The position numbers and the translations under genes were made by a program. Source: an uncultured delta proteobacterium (GTDB taxonomy: Bacteria; Myxococcota_A; Polyangia; Fen-1088). Taken from it: a stretch of 64,000 bases of DNA. Within the stretch, counting starts at the first letter, position 1. Every line of letters begins with the position of its first letter. Where the stretch lies: contig CAVTRY010000007.1 in assembly GCA_963737265.1 (NCBI GenBank), forward strand, positions 352,001 through 416,000, read 5' to 3'. The notes beneath the pieces are model-generated. The model saw only the letters and a program-made list of their open reading frames with translations. It was not told the DNA's origin and did not search any database. Positions 48,318 through 64,000 of this stretch are shown here, one piece after another.

Positions 48318-49337
48318 CTACTGCTGTGGCGCGAAGTATCCCTTGCGCGCCCGCACTTGCAGATCTTTCTTCAGCGAGGAGATTTCAATCGAGCGGTAGC
48401 GCCCGTCGGCGTCGAAATCGGCGGGCTTGTAGGAGACCACGTACTGGCTGCGGAGCTCGTCTTCAATCGCCGCGAAGGAGTGCGTAATGTCTTTCATCTT
48501 GAAGGGAAAGAAGGCGCGTCCGCCGGTGGCTTCGGCCAGTTGCTCCAGCACTTTGTCGCCGCGCATGACCAGGCCGCTGTCGTCGGTGGAAATGGCGTAG
48601 ATGATCACTTCAGAGCGTTGCGCCATCTCAATGGCCTGCGCCTTCGAGATTTCGCTCTGGTTATCTTCGCCGTCGCTGACGATCATGATGGCTTTCCGCA
48701 CCGGATGGTCGGAGCGGTCTTTCAGGAATTTCTCTTTGCACGCCTTATAGACGGCGTCGTAAAGCGCCGTTCCGCCGCCATCGTGCAGCTTGTGCACGCC
48801 GGCCGCCAGCAATGGCGCGTTGTCGGTGTAGTCCTGCGCCATCTGGCTGTGGGTATTGAAGCCGACAAGAAACGCCTTGTCAAAGCCGGCGCGCAGCGTG
48901 TGCTGCAGAAATCTGGTGGCCGCGTTCTGCTCGAAATCGAAACGGCCGTCGACCGATCCGCTCACATCGACCAGCAGGCCAAGATGCAGAGGCAGATCGG
49001 TTTCCCGGCGGAAATTCAGAATCGCCTGCGGCGGCTTGTGGTCGTCGAGAATGTTGAAATCGCTCTGATTCAGATCGCGCACGAACTTGCCGTGCTTGTC
49101 GGTCGCGATGAACAGCACGTTGACTTCATTCACCCGCGCGTGCAGCGTGATCACGCGGCTCTGCGGATCGTCAGCATTATCGATGGAAGCATCGGCAGCG
49201 TTCGCGTCGGCGTTGTAAGCGGCTCAGGCTCGGAGCGTCCCGACGGCATACGAGACTGGGCCCGCGACTGGGCAACCCAGCAAAGGTTGCCAGCAAAAGC
49301 GCAGAAGCCGCGAATTGTCGCAGTTCGTGTACTTCAT
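48318..49337 (-). CDS. VWA-domain protein, Acidobacteria-type (frameshift near the N-terminus)
   Basis: DVSGS MIDAS motif, GGTALYDAV, SDGEDN, LAEATGG, ELRSQY, VRARKGY. Confidence 0.9.
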
Positions 49338-49697
49338 GCCGAAAAATCCAAATTTTTCACTCTAAACCGCGTCCAAAGACACTCCCAAGCTATTCGTTGC
49401 ACGCCAGATGCCGAAATCGCGGTCCCCACCAGACGCCGCTATCTGATTGACTTTAGGAGCGCGTCCGCCAGATGTGCCAAGTTACAAAAGGAGCACACGT
49501 TTGGTCATGGCAGAAAGCGTGCCGCTTCTGCCCTTTCGCGCGCTCCGGCATGCCCTTCCATCCGCGCAACAATCGGACAAAAGACGAGAACAAATCGTTA
49601 CCCTATTAGATTGCCGGAGTTGGTAATCAGATTCCGCTTCGAATATAGTCATCTCCAACGCGGCGGCTTTTCCTTAAAATCTGCACTGGAGGGACTC

Positions 49698-50415
49698 ATG
49701 AAGAAATTCATTCGTCTGTCTGGTCTGTCTGATCTGTCCGCAATTCAGCTTTGCCGCCGAGGACGATCGAGCACGAAGCCGATCGGGTCAAAGATGCCGG
49801 CGTGGTCCTGAAAGAAATCCTGAATATCCCTGACGACATTCCGCAGGATCTGCTCGACAAGGCCGAGTGCGTGATCATTCTGCCCTCCGTGAAAAAAGGA
49901 GCCTTCGGAGTTGGCGGCAGCTACGGCCGCGGCGTCATGATTTGCCGCAGCGGCGAGCACTACAAAGGCAAATGGGGAGCTCCGGCTCTGTACGCCCTGG
50001 AAGGCGTCAGCATCGGATTTCAGTTGGGCGGCCAGGCCACCGACTTTGTGCTGCTGGTGATGAATCCCAAAGGCGCGCAATCGTTGCTGTACAGCAAAGT
50101 GAAGCTGGGCGCGGATGCTTCGGCCGCCGCCGGTCCCAAAGGCCGCACCGCCGAAGGCGCCACCGACATCGTCATGAATGCCGAGATTCTCTCCTACTCG
50201 CGCAACAAAGGACTGTTCGCCGGCAGTTTCTCTGGAAGGCTCGACCCTGCGTTCCGATGGCAGCGCCAACGAAAAGCTCTACGGGAGAAAGCTGACCGCG
50301 AAAGAAATCATTCGTGAAGGCAAGGTCGCAGTATCCCGCCAGCGCCCGCGAACTGGTCTCGCTGCTCGACGCAAAGTCGCCGATAAACAAGTCGGACCCG
50401 AAGTCGCTGGAGTAA
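49698..50415 (+). CDS. SYLF/Ysc84 lipid-binding protein (frameshifted)
   Basis: KKGAFGVGGSYGRG, GFQLGGQATDFVL, AAAGPKGR, YSRNKGLFAG. Confidence 0.9.
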
Positions 50416-50436
50416 ACCGAGTGAACCTCGGATCGC

Positions 50437-51030
50437 GTGACCGTCTGTGGTGAAAGCTTCGCCAGACCCAGCGTCCGTTGCGCCTGGGCCAGCGGCGAAC
50501 TCTCCATTCGCTATCACGATGAAGAATGGGGCGTGCCGGTGCACGACGACCGCACGCTCTTCGAATTTCTGATCCTCGAAGGCGCGCAGGCCGGCCTGAG
50601 CTGGACACGATCCTCAACAAGCGCGAGAACTATCGCCAAGCCTTCGACGGATTCGATCCCGCAGCGCGTCGCGCGCTACGACCGGCGCAAGATGCAGCAG
50701 CTGCTGCGCGATCCTGGCATCGTCCGCAACAGACTGAAGATCGCGTCGGCGGTCGAGAACGCCAAGGCATTTCTGCGCGTGCAGGAAGAGTTCGGCAGCT
50801 TCGACCGCTACATCTGGCAGTTCGTCGGCGGCAAGCCGCGCGTGAACGCCTGCCGAATCGCTGCAAGCAGGTTCCCGCGCGCACGCCCGAATCCGACGCC
50901 ATGAGCAAGGACCTCAAGAAGCGCGGCTTCAAATTCGTCGGATCGACCATCTGCTACGCCTTCATGCAGGCGGCGGGCATGGTGAACGACCACGTGATCG
51001 ACTTGCTTCCGTTACAAGGAGCTCACGTAG
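50437..51030 (+). CDS. tag: DNA-3-methyladenine glycosylase I (frameshifted)
   Basis: RCAW, YHDEEWG, LEGAQAGLSW, IVRNRLKI, FKFVGSTICYAFMQAAGMVNDH. Confidence 0.93.
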
Positions 51031-51089
51031 CGGCGGACCCTCCGCCAGTAAGCGCAGCCTTCGGCAGGGATTTGTGTGGCGACCCGATT

Positions 51090-51575
51090 TCAGCGTGGCC
51101 CGTGCAAAACGTTCGCCGTCAAATAGACCGCGATCAATCCCAGCAGCAGCACCGCGCCTTCCACACGCGTCGACCATACATGCAGCGCGTCGAACTGCAC
51201 CCGCGCCGGATTATCCAGCGGCACGGTGGCGAAGTCCGCGACCGGGCGCGCAGCGTATCCATGCGCGGGATAATCCAGAACTGCGAGATCAGCGTCAGCG
51301 CGAGCATCAGGCAGATGAGCACGTGGCGCAGCGCAAACACATGTGCAGTTGCCGTCGGTCAGCCGGCTGTAGAGCAGGGAACTGACCAGAAACACGATCC
51401 CGGAGACGATCGCGATCCAGTGCAGCTTTCCCAGCGCGCGTCCGACGACGTTTCCGGCCAGATGCGTGTTGGGCAAGACCTGAAACGCCGTCGGCGCCAG
51501 CACAAACGCGAAGAAAATCAACCCGCCGATCCACACCACCAGCGACAGCAGCATGAGATAGCGAAGGAATGACAT
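51090..51575 (-). CDS. DUF4149/TMEM205-like membrane protein (frameshifted)
   Basis: VWIGGLIFFAFVLAPTAF, AGNVVG, FDALHVWS. Confidence 0.8.
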   Translation of the reverse strand: MSFLRYLMLLSLVVWIGGLIFFAFVLAPTAFQVLPNTHLAGNVVGRALGKLHWIAIVSGIVFLVSSLLYSRLTDGNCTCVCAAPRAHLPDARADADLAVLDYPAHGYAARPVADFATVPLDNPARVQFDALHVWSTRVEGAVLLLGLIAVYLTANVLHGPR

Positions 51576-51636
51576 GACGGGAGCATTATAGCCAGCCCTG
51601 CCGACGAAGTATTGTCGATGAAGGGAAGCCACTCCT

Positions 51637-52611
51637 TTAGACCGGAACCGCAACACTCTCCACAATCTCGCGCAGCACCTGATCCGACTGCTCAGATTTT
51701 CTCAGCGTCGAAGCGTAGAGACCGCTCACGACCACGCGATGGGCGAATACAGGGACGACCAGCGGCTTGAAATCTTCCGGAGTGCAGAACGTCGCGGCCT
51801 TCGAGAAAAGCCATGGCTTGCGCTGCGCGGTACAGAGCTTGCGATCCGCGAGGCGAGACGCCCAGCGACAGAAATTCCGACTCGCGCGTGCGGCGCACGA
51901 TTTCCAGAGCGTAGCTGACCAGCGACTCATCCACGCGAATTTGCTTAACCGCCTCCTGCATCTCGATCACATCTTCGCCAGTGAGCACCGGGCGAGTATC
52001 GCTCATGCGCGACGCGCCCGCCTCGGAGCGCAGAATCTCGCGCTCCGCCTGCGCGTCGGGATATCCCATGCGCACCCGCATCAGAAAGCGATCCAGTTGG
52101 GATTCCGGCAGCGGATATGTTCCATGATGCTCCACCGGATTCTGCGTCGCGATCACCAGAAACGGCTGCGGCAATTCGTAAGAGTGCGCATCGACCGTAA
52201 CTTGGCCTTCGTTCATGGCCTCAAGCAGCGCGGACTGGGTCTTGGGCGTGGTGCGATTGATCTCGTCCGACAACAGAATGTTGGTAAACACCGGGCCGCG
52301 CTTGAATTCAAACCGCTGCTCCAGCGCCGAGTAGACAGAGATTCCCAGCACATCGGACGGCAGCATGTCGCTAGTAAACTGCACCCGCTGAAAATTGCAA
52401 TCGATGGCGCGGGCCAGCGCCTGTCCGAGCGTAGTCTTGCCCACGCCGGGAACGCCTTCAATCAGCAAATGTCCCCGCGCAAAAATGCTGACCAGCGCCA
52501 GGCGAACCACATCGTCCTTGCCGCGAATCACGCGGCGAAGCGCCTTTTCCAGTTCCGCCGCTTTCTCAAATACAGCCTTGTGGGACTCACGCTGGCAGTC
52601 TCAGGAGACAT
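51637..52611 (-). CDS. MoxR family AAA+ ATPase (frameshifted)
   Basis: EGVPGVGKT, RVQFTSDMLPSD, DEINR, QSALLEAM, ATQNP, LPESQLDRF. Confidence 0.93.
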
Positions 52612-52781
52612 TCTATGGATTCTACTATTGCACGCTGAAGGGGCCGAGTTACCTACGTTACTTAGCAATAAAGCTAAGAGCTACGAACAACGCAGCAGAG
52701 ACAGAACGATACCCGAATAGTCCAAACTTGCCGTTAATGATTCGCGAAAAAGATCAGGGCTAGCTCACAGCTCGCTGCTCT

Positions 52782-53651
52782 CTACTGCGTAAACTCCGCC
52801 GGCCGCCCTGTCAGCCGCTCGATGCGCTTCGCGATCGGTGGATGCGTCGAGAACAAATTGGCAAACATGCCCGCATTCACTCCCAGGAACGGCTGAATGA
52901 TGAACAAATGCGCCGTCGAAGGGCTGGCCTGCAGAGGCGTGCGCCGCGCATAAGCGTCAAGCTTCTGCAGCGCGCTAGCCAGCGCATAAGGATTGCCCGT
53001 AAAATGCGCTCCCGTGGCGTCCGCCTGATATTCCCGCGAGCGCGATACCGCCAGCTGAATCAGCGTAGCCGCAATCGGCGCCACGATCAGCATAAACAGC
53101 GCGCTCAATCCCCCTCCACGATCATTGCGGTCGCGGCCTCCAAAGCCGCCGAAGAACATGGCCCAGCGCCCCATGCTGGCGAGCATGGTGATCGCTCCCG
53201 CCAGCGTGGCCGCCACTGAGCTGATCAGAATGTCACGATTGTTCACGTGGCCGAGTTCGTGAGCGAGCACGCCTTCGAGTTCTTCGTCAGTCAGCAATCC
53301 CAAAATTCCGTGCGTCACCGCAACCGAAGCGTGGCTCGGATTCCGCCCCGTGGCAAACGCATTCGGCGATTCGCTGGGGATCACGTAAATCTTCGGCATC
53401 GGAATGCCGATTTTCTGCGTCAGCCGCTCCACCGCCGCATAGGCGCGCGGCAGTTGCTCCCGGGTCACCGGCTGGGCGCGATACATAGCCAGCGCAATCT
53501 TGTCCGAATAGAAGTACGAGACGAAGTTCATGACGGCCGCGAATACCAATGCGATGAACATGCCGTTCTGTCCGCCAAAGTAGCGGCCGAACATCATCAG
53601 CAGCAGCGTCATGAGCGTCAAAAGAAACGCGGTCTTGAATGTGTTTCCCAT
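52782..53651 (-). CDS. htpX: Zinc metalloprotease HtpX
   Basis: PNAFATGRNP, GVLAHELGH, SRSREYQAD, FSTHP. Confidence 0.95.
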   Translation of the reverse strand: MGNTFKTAFLLTLMTLLLMMFGRYFGGQNGMFIALVFAAVMNFVSYFYSDKIALAMYRAQPVTREQLPRAYAAVERLTQKIGIPMPKIYVIPSESPNAFATGRNPSHASVAVTHGILGLLTDEELEGVLAHELGHVNNRDILISSVAATLAGAITMLASMGRWAMFFGGFGGRDRNDRGGGLSALFMLIVAPIAATLIQLAVSRSREYQADATGAHFTGNPYALASALQKLDAYARRTPLQASPSTAHLFIIQPFLGVNAGMFANLFSTHPPIAKRIERLTGRPAEFTQ

Positions 53652-53829
53652 AGGGGTGTGAAACTAGCTTAGTCCATTTCATTAGATGGTGGGGCGACGG
53701 CGGCGATGCAATGGCTGCGGTACGTGGCGGGCCGATTGGAATCACAGGCTTAGAAATGACAAGTGGAGGGCGCCGGGTGCCCCGCCCAAACTCGGCTTGG
53801 CAGGGATTTTGACTCACAAAACCGGGAAG

Positions 53830-53957
53830 GGCACGACTTCCAGTCGTGCCAATCCAGCCGCCAAAAACAGAACCGACTTTAACCGCCGTATGCAGCCCTC
53901 AGCGGCTATAAGCCGGATTCCGTTAACTCATTTACCGGCATGGATTTAAGTCGTGCC
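53830..53957. repeat. Cluster of REP-like palindromes
   Basis: GGCACGACT-tcc-AGTCGTGCC (53830-53850), CGGCT-ata-AGCCG, and degenerate GGCATGGATTTAAGTCGTGCC (53937-53957). Confidence 0.7.
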
Positions 53958-54123
53958 ATTCGCAGCTCGCCCCGATCCTCGATTAACTTTTCCACAGCCC
54001 ACCGCGAATAAATCCCGTTGGTGTGACGAACGACCTTTACTGTGGATTTCAAAAAGCAGAAGCTCGATTCATGCGCGCAAGGCCTACGCACGTCATCACC
54101 ATAGGACAATGCCCCACCCCGCT

Positions 54124-54181
54124 AACTCCTTATTCCACAATATTTTGCCCGCAACTCCTTGCCGCTCAATATTTTGCCCGC
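54124..54181. repeat. Two tandem 29-bp units AACTCCTT-N6-CAATATTTTGCCCGC
   Basis: Units at 54124 and 54153. Confidence 0.8.
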
Positions 54182-54315
54182 CCGCAACGCCACCTGTTCC
54201 CGCCAACTTCGCAGGAACAAAGAATTTACAAGAAGTGATTAAAAAAAAAATGAGTGCATATTTGGTAAACCGTCTTACCCAAGCCAGACTCTCGAAAACG
54301 CGACTGCGGCCTGCG

Positions 54316-54689
54316 TCACTGCACCACCACCGCACCCGTCATTTTGGGATGGATCGTGCAGTAGTAGTTGTATGTGCCCGGCTTAGTGAACGTGTAAGAG
54401 AACTTCTCGTCCGTATCCATCACCTTGGACTTGAAAACACCTTCCGTGCTAACCGCGGTGTGAGGAATATCGTCGTGGTTGGTCCAGGTCACGGTGGTCC
54501 CGGCGGGCACGCTGATGATCTGCGGGCCAAAACTGAAGTTGTCGATCTTCACATCGACCATTTTCACCTGGCCGGCGCCGCCGGGAAATTGCTGTTAGAC
54601 GCCTTAACCCGCGATGATCCTGCGAACAGCAGCATCGCCATCATCACCGGCATCGCAAAACGCACCAGGAACAGATTCTTGCCTGTCAT
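54316..54689 (-). CDS. Secreted cupredoxin, amicyanin/plastocyanin-like (one frameshift)
   Basis: IDNFSFGP, VTWTNHDDIPHT, YYCTIHPKMTG. Confidence 0.92.
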
Positions 54690-54721
54690 TTTCTTTTCCT
54701 CTTGATTGGATGTTCTGGGTT

Positions 54722-55712
54722 CTACCCCAAAGTCGAGTCCACAACCGCCAGCGAATGCTGGCGCCGAACGTAATTCACATCGGTAATTCCCAGCACTCTT
54801 CGCAACTGTTCCGCCGGAACTTTCATCGGTCCCGGCGAATCCGCCTTGCCCGGCTGCGGCTGCGGGAAAGCCGTCGACATGGCGGTGTGAAAGGTCACGT
54901 TGCCTTCCACCTTCTGCATGATCTGGTGGATGTGGCCGTTCAGCACCGTGACCGAACCAAACTTCTTCAGATAGCCCAGAGCTTGTGCGCTGTCCTCGGT
55001 ACCCCAGCCCCAATCCGGATACACCGTCCAGAGCGGGATGTGCGCGAACACCACGATCGGTGTGCTGTGCTTCAGATGCTTGACGTCTTTTTCCAGCCAT
55101 TCCAGTTGCTCGCCGCCGAGCGAGCCCAGGCCGCCGGCCTTCAGGTTCAGCACGTTCACCAGGCCGATGAAGTGCACGCCCTTGTGATCGAAGCTGTACC
55201 ATCCCGCGCCCTGGGCATTCTTTCCGTAGCGTTCGAGATACGACTTGCCGTTGTCGTCCAGCACGTCGTGTTCGCCCGGCACGAAGAAGACATCCTTCGC
55301 GCTCGCGCCTTTCAGAACCTGATCGACGGTGTCGAACTGCTCCGGCCTGCGAGAGATGGCTGATGTCGCCGGTGTGCAGCAAGAAGTCCGGAGGGTTCGG
55401 CAGTCCGTTGATCTTGTCCACCGCCGCTTGCAGGGTCGCAACCACATCCGGATTCGCCGGCTTGTTGAAGCCCATGTGGCTGTCGCTGATCTGGACGAAA
55501 GTGAAGTCCGCACCCTTGCCCGCGTTGTGGTCAGCGGCTTTGCCGAAAGCCCGCGAAACGGGAATGCCGCCGCTCATAGTCCAGACCAATCCAGTACCAG
55601 CCCAGGCCATGCACTTCAGAAATCCGCGACGGTCAATTCCGTCGGGATCAACACCGTCGTTGTTGAGGTCTTGCATTCCCCGATTAATGAGATTCTTCAT
55701 CTGCTCTGTCAT
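54722..55712 (-). CDS. Tat-exported metallophosphoesterase (one frameshift)
   Basis: DRRGFLKC Tat signal, QISDSH, HTGD, PGEHD, AHIP, NGHIH. Confidence 0.92.
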
Positions 55713-55742
55713 CTTGCTCTCCGTGGCATGTCGCGTTCTGAT

Positions 55743-55773
55743 GGGATAACCGGCGGCGCGTCGTTTTATTCCC
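55743..55773 (-). promoter_or_regulatory. ECF-like promoter or operator, copy 1
   Basis: Minus-strand GGGAATAAAA-N12-GGTTATCCC, 30 bp upstream of the ATG. Confidence 0.7.
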
Positions 55774-55799
55774 GGCGCGAATCACAAAACTTCCTCAAA

Positions 55800-56249
55800 T
55801 TAACCGGGTCCGTTTACGCCACTCAGAAAGCCACCCAAATGCCCGGTAAGGGCGACGACCAGAACGCCGCACAACTCAACCACAAATCTGAAACGGAGCG
55901 ACCCCTCACCCCGCTTTCGCGCGCGGAAGTGAAGCCAGCAGACCAGCCAGATCAGGACCGCCGAGAAGCAGGCGAGGATCAAATGCATCCGCAGGACTCC
56001 CTTGAGCCTCTGACCCTCAAGTTGGAATTGCCACGCGAGGAGGCCGGTCGCGAGAACGGGTACGGTCGAGATCGCGGCGCCCACGAAGTTGTAGTAGGCG
56101 GCGTCGGCAAAGCTGCGCCGCTTCGTCCATTGCGCAATCAAATCGAACGCTACGGCGGCCATGAACAGCGCGATCGGAAAATGGATCAGCACGACATGCT
56201 GCGCGTGTTTGGCCAGGAGTGCCGCTTTTGGATCAAATGGATTTGTCAT
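55800..56249 (-). CDS. DUF2231-like membrane protein
   Basis: HVVLIHFPIALF, ATGLLAW, TGHLGG. Confidence 0.8.
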   Translation of the reverse strand: MTNPFDPKAALLAKHAQHVVLIHFPIALFMAAVAFDLIAQWTKRRSFADAAYYNFVGAAISTVPVLATGLLAWQFQLEGQRLKGVLRMHLILACFSAVLIWLVCWLHFRARKRGEGSLRFRFVVELCGVLVVALTGHLGGFLSGVNGPG

Positions 56250-56303
56250 TTTGCTGCGTTGCGCGTCGGTGATGCGGCGGTGATCCGTCGTCCCGCGCTC
56301 ACA

Positions 56304-56334
56304 GGGATAACCGATGCGGATGGCTTTTATTCCC
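56304..56334 (-). promoter_or_regulatory. ECF-like promoter or operator, copy 2
   Basis: Identical boxes and identical 12-bp spacer length to copy 1. Confidence 0.7.
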
Positions 56335-56383
56335 ACGCGACCAGGTCTTGTGAGAGGGAAAGGAAACAGCGGGAAGGAACGGC

Positions 56384-61284
<4,901 letters not shown>

Positions 61285-61437
61285 CGTATGCTGCTGGGAG
61301 CACACGGTCAATTGTGGGCGGGACAGGGATCTGCTAGCCGCGTTGCTCATTATGATGCAGAAACGGGCCAGGGGGATTGCTGGCACGCGATTCCCTGCGC
61401 GGTTGGGGGAAACGCGCTATAGTCGGCGGTTACAAAA

Positions 61438-62856
61438 ATGTCGGCTGACGAGTTGCAGGAATTCGGGTTCTGGCGGCTGGTGCGAAGGCACGGGCGCTTC
61501 TTCGCGCTGGCGGGACTGGCCGCGCTGGGGCTGCGGCTGTTTTTCGTTTTCCGGTTCCCTGCCGTGGTGGACGATTCGCGGCTTTACGCGAACATTGCCG
61601 AGAACTGGATGCGGCACGGCATTTACGGCGTGACCAACTCCGGCGTGATTATGCCGACGCTGTCGCGGCTGCCGGGGTATCCCGCATTTCTGGCGGCGAT
61701 CTTCGCGATTTTTGGCGTGGAAAATTTTCGTGCTGTCTTGCTGGTGCAGGTGCTGTTTGATCTGGGCACATGCTTTCTGATCGCAGATATGGCGCGGCGG
61801 ATGTTTTCCGGGCGGGCGGCGAAGGTGGCATTTCTGCTGGCGGGGATTTGTCCGTTTCTGGCGAATTATGCGGCGACGGCGCTGACCGAGACGCTGGAGA
61901 TTTTCTTTACGGCGCTGGCCCTGGATCTGGCACTTTGCGGGCTGGACAGGCGAAGCGGGGCAAGATGGATTTGGCTGGGATGCGGGCTCGGGGTGGGCGC
62001 GGGGATTTTGCTGCGGCCTGACGGCGGCATTTTGCTGATGGCGATTGGGGCGTACCTGCTTTGGTTGCTGCAACGCAGCTTGCGGGCTGGTTCGAACGCG
62101 TCGCTGCCGGCACGAGTTGTCGTTTGGGCGGGAGTGCTGGTGCTGATTGGCGCGCTGGCTCCGCTGATTCCGTGGACAATTCGCAATCTGCATTCCATGC
62201 ATCGCTTCCAGCCGCTGGCGCCGCGGTATGCCAACGATTCCGACGAGGCGCTGATGCCGGGATTCAATCGCTGGGTGAAGACATGGCTCGCGGAATATGT
62301 TTCAGTGGAAGAAATTTATTGGAATGTGCCGGGACAGGAAATTGATTTATCGCGGCTGCCGAACCGGGCGTTCGATTCTGCCGAGCAGCGCCGGGAGACG
62401 GCGGAAATTTTCACTGACTACAACCGCGACCACAATATGACGCCCGAGTTGGATGCCCGCCTGGAGGCGATTGCCGCGCAGCGAGTGCACGCCGCTCCGC
62501 TGCGTTATTACGTGTGGCTGCCGGCACTGCGCATCGCCGACATGTGGCTGCGTCCGCGGTCGGAGTTGTTCCCTTCCGATCCGCGATGGTGGGAGTTCAA
62601 TGATGACGGACGCTGGCTGGCGGTCAGCCTGGCCTTGGGAGTGATCAATTTGCTGTACTTGGGCGCGGCGGCCGGAGGGTTTATGCGAGGGCGTGCGGTC
62701 GCCGGAATCGGCTTGCTGGTTTTGTTTGTCGTGGTGCGGTCGGCGTTCCTGGGCACGCTGGAAAATCCCGAGCCGCGGTATACCCTCGAAGCTTATCCGG
62801 TAGTGATTGCGCTGGCCTCGGCGCTATTTGCAAGTACCGGGAAAGAGAAGGCTTAG
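61438..62856 (+). CDS. ArnT/PMT-like (GT-C fold) membrane glycosyltransferase
   Basis: DDSRLY, RLPGYPAFL, LTETL, LLRPD, PWTIRN, EPRY; multiple TM segments. Confidence 0.85.
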   Translation: MSADELQEFGFWRLVRRHGRFFALAGLAALGLRLFFVFRFPAVVDDSRLYANIAENWMRHGIYGVTNSGVIMPTLSRLPGYPAFLAAIFAIFGVENFRAVLLVQVLFDLGTCFLIADMARRMFSGRAAKVAFLLAGICPFLANYAATALTETLEIFFTALALDLALCGLDRRSGARWIWLGCGLGVGAGILLRPDGGILLMAIGAYLLWLLQRSLRAGSNASLPARVVVWAGVLVLIGALAPLIPWTIRNLHSMHRFQPLAPRYANDSDEALMPGFNRWVKTWLAEYVSVEEIYWNVPGQEIDLSRLPNRAFDSAEQRRETAEIFTDYNRDHNMTPELDARLEAIAAQRVHAAPLRYYVWLPALRIADMWLRPRSELFPSDPRWWEFNDDGRWLAVSLALGVINLLYLGAAAGGFMRGRAVAGIGLLVLFVVVRSAFLGTLENPEPRYTLEAYPVVIALASALFASTGKEKA

Positions 62857-63042
62857 GGAGGCGCGGTTTTAGGCCGCTTCACATCGCAGATTTCTGCATA
62901 TATCACTTGACTTAGCCCTAAAGTGGATTAGCATAGAGATATCACCTCCGATCCAGTTCAGGATCGAATGGGCCGATAGCCAAGGAATGTCACCGCTTCT
63001 TGGTTGCCGGCCCATTTTGATTTTGCCGGCTTTATCCCGGAA

Positions 63043-64000
63043 CTACTTCCCGGCTGTGAAGACGACTTTTCCCGCCACCATGGTCGAGAGCACGGTGGTC
63101 TTGCCAATCTCTTCCGGCTTCACCGAGAAAATGTCTTGCGAGAGGACGGCGAGGTCCGCTTCCTTCCCTACATCGAGGGTGCCGAGGCGATCCTCGGAGA
63201 ACCGTGCGTAGGCTGAACCTTGGGTATAGGCGTTCACGGCCTGCTCGACGGAAATGCGCTCCTCGGGAGTGTAGGAGGTTGCGGTGGCGACGCTGCCGGC
63301 CTGACCGGCGCCATCAAAAACTCCTCCAGGAAAATCGTTGCCTTTGGCTGGACGCCAAATCTGGCGGGTGACGGCCTCCTGGATCGCGACGAAGGGATTC
63401 GGCGGCCAAGTGCATGGCCAGTCACTGCCAAAGGCCAGCGTAACTCCATTTTTTTCCATGCTCTGCCAGCGGTCAGTTGTGGTGCGATCGCGCGGATCGT
63501 AGTTCGCGCCATTTTCATCGCAGCAGAAGCTCGGCTGCATGCTGGCAATCAGGGAAAGTTTCGCCATCCGCGGGATGTCCTCGGCCGGAACAAAATCTCC
63601 GTGCTCGACGCGCAGACGGCGGTCGCGCGGGCCGTTGATCTTCTCAACTTCTTCGTAAGTGTCCACCACTAATCGCGAGGAGTCGGGACGGTAGGTATGG
63701 GTCATGATCTGGAAGCCACGCTTGTCCAGTTCGAGAACCAGCTTCTTGTATTCCGCCCGTTGATAGGTGAGAGGCGGGACCAGGCCAGTGCCTCCGTCGA
63801 CGAAGAACTTCACCAGATTCGCCGATACCCAATCGTCGTGGTAGAGCGAGCGCGCCTTTTCAAGGTCGGCGAGAAAGTTCGGGGTCAGATGATGATTCAC
63901 GGCGACAGCACCGAACGAAGTTCGCGTTCGGACCGTAAGTTGGCCGCGATCACGGAGCGCGGCGTAGAGCTGAATCTCCGCCAGATTGCCGGTGGCGTTG
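63043..64000 (-). CDS. Amidohydrolase-3 family protein (5' end outside the window)
   Basis: VKFFVDG, RLRVEH, SMQP, AFGSDWP, AVNAYTQGSAY, GTLDVGKEADLAVLS. Confidence 0.9.
   Translation of the reverse strand, partial: NATGNLAEIQLYAALRDRGQLTVRTRTSFGAVAVNHHLTPNFLADLEKARSLYHDDWVSANLVKFFVDGGTGLVPPLTYQRAEYKKLVLELDKRGFQIMTHTYRPDSSRLVVDTYEEVEKINGPRDRRLRVEHGDFVPAEDIPRMAKLSLIASMQPSFCCDENGANYDPRDRTTTDRWQSMEKNGVTLAFGSDWPCTWPPNPFVAIQEAVTRQIWRPAKGNDFPGGVFDGAGQAGSVATATSYTPEERISVEQAVNAYTQGSAYARFSEDRLGTLDVGKEADLAVLSQDIFSVKPEEIGKTTVLSTMVAGKVVFTAGK

Noticed and set aside
47655-49811. 718-aa plus-strand ORF
   Set aside because: Antisense shadow of lemA and the VWA gene, with no recognisable motifs.

Overview
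The window looks like two unrelated genomes joined at about 42,307. Left part (1 to ~42.3 kb): very GC-rich actinobacterial DNA, Acidimicrobiia-like by gene style (inference). It holds a branched-chain amino acid/serine supercluster (ilvD, ilvBNC-tldDE, serC, an aminotransferase, serA, an ECF sigma/anti-sigma pair plus DUF4349, leuA, mscL, leuCD, greA, leuB-ilvE-cimA). An accessory block follows, with NHL/IPT and beta-propeller proteins, a GH4 glycosidase, a NagB-like protein, a GH-like lipoprotein, hydrolases, an ABC binding protein and TauD. Right part (~42.3 to 64 kb): visibly lower-GC, Acidobacteria-like DNA (response regulator fragment, PilZ, HtrA, DUF2207/LemA, VWA, SYLF, Tag, MoxR, HtpX, cupredoxin/metallophosphoesterase, tRNA-Glu, a GH18-deacetylase-GT2 fusion, an ArnT-like glycosyltransferase, an amidohydrolase). 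Many genes carry single-base indels that look like uncorrected long-read errors, so CDS ends are approximate. The most interesting signals are absent from the ORF track: (1) three leader-peptide attenuators of the same architecture, sensing Leu/Val (ilvB), Leu (leuA) and Ile (leuB-ilvE-cimA, citramalate route); (2) chains of ATGA-coupled mini-ORFs built from tandem repeats at gene junctions; (3) short tandem repeats, mostly A/C-rich and U-poor in mRNA sense, just upstream of many start codons; (4) two pairs of ECF-type promoter motifs; (5) the chimeric junction itself. All family assignments come from motif recognition by eye; no database searches were run.
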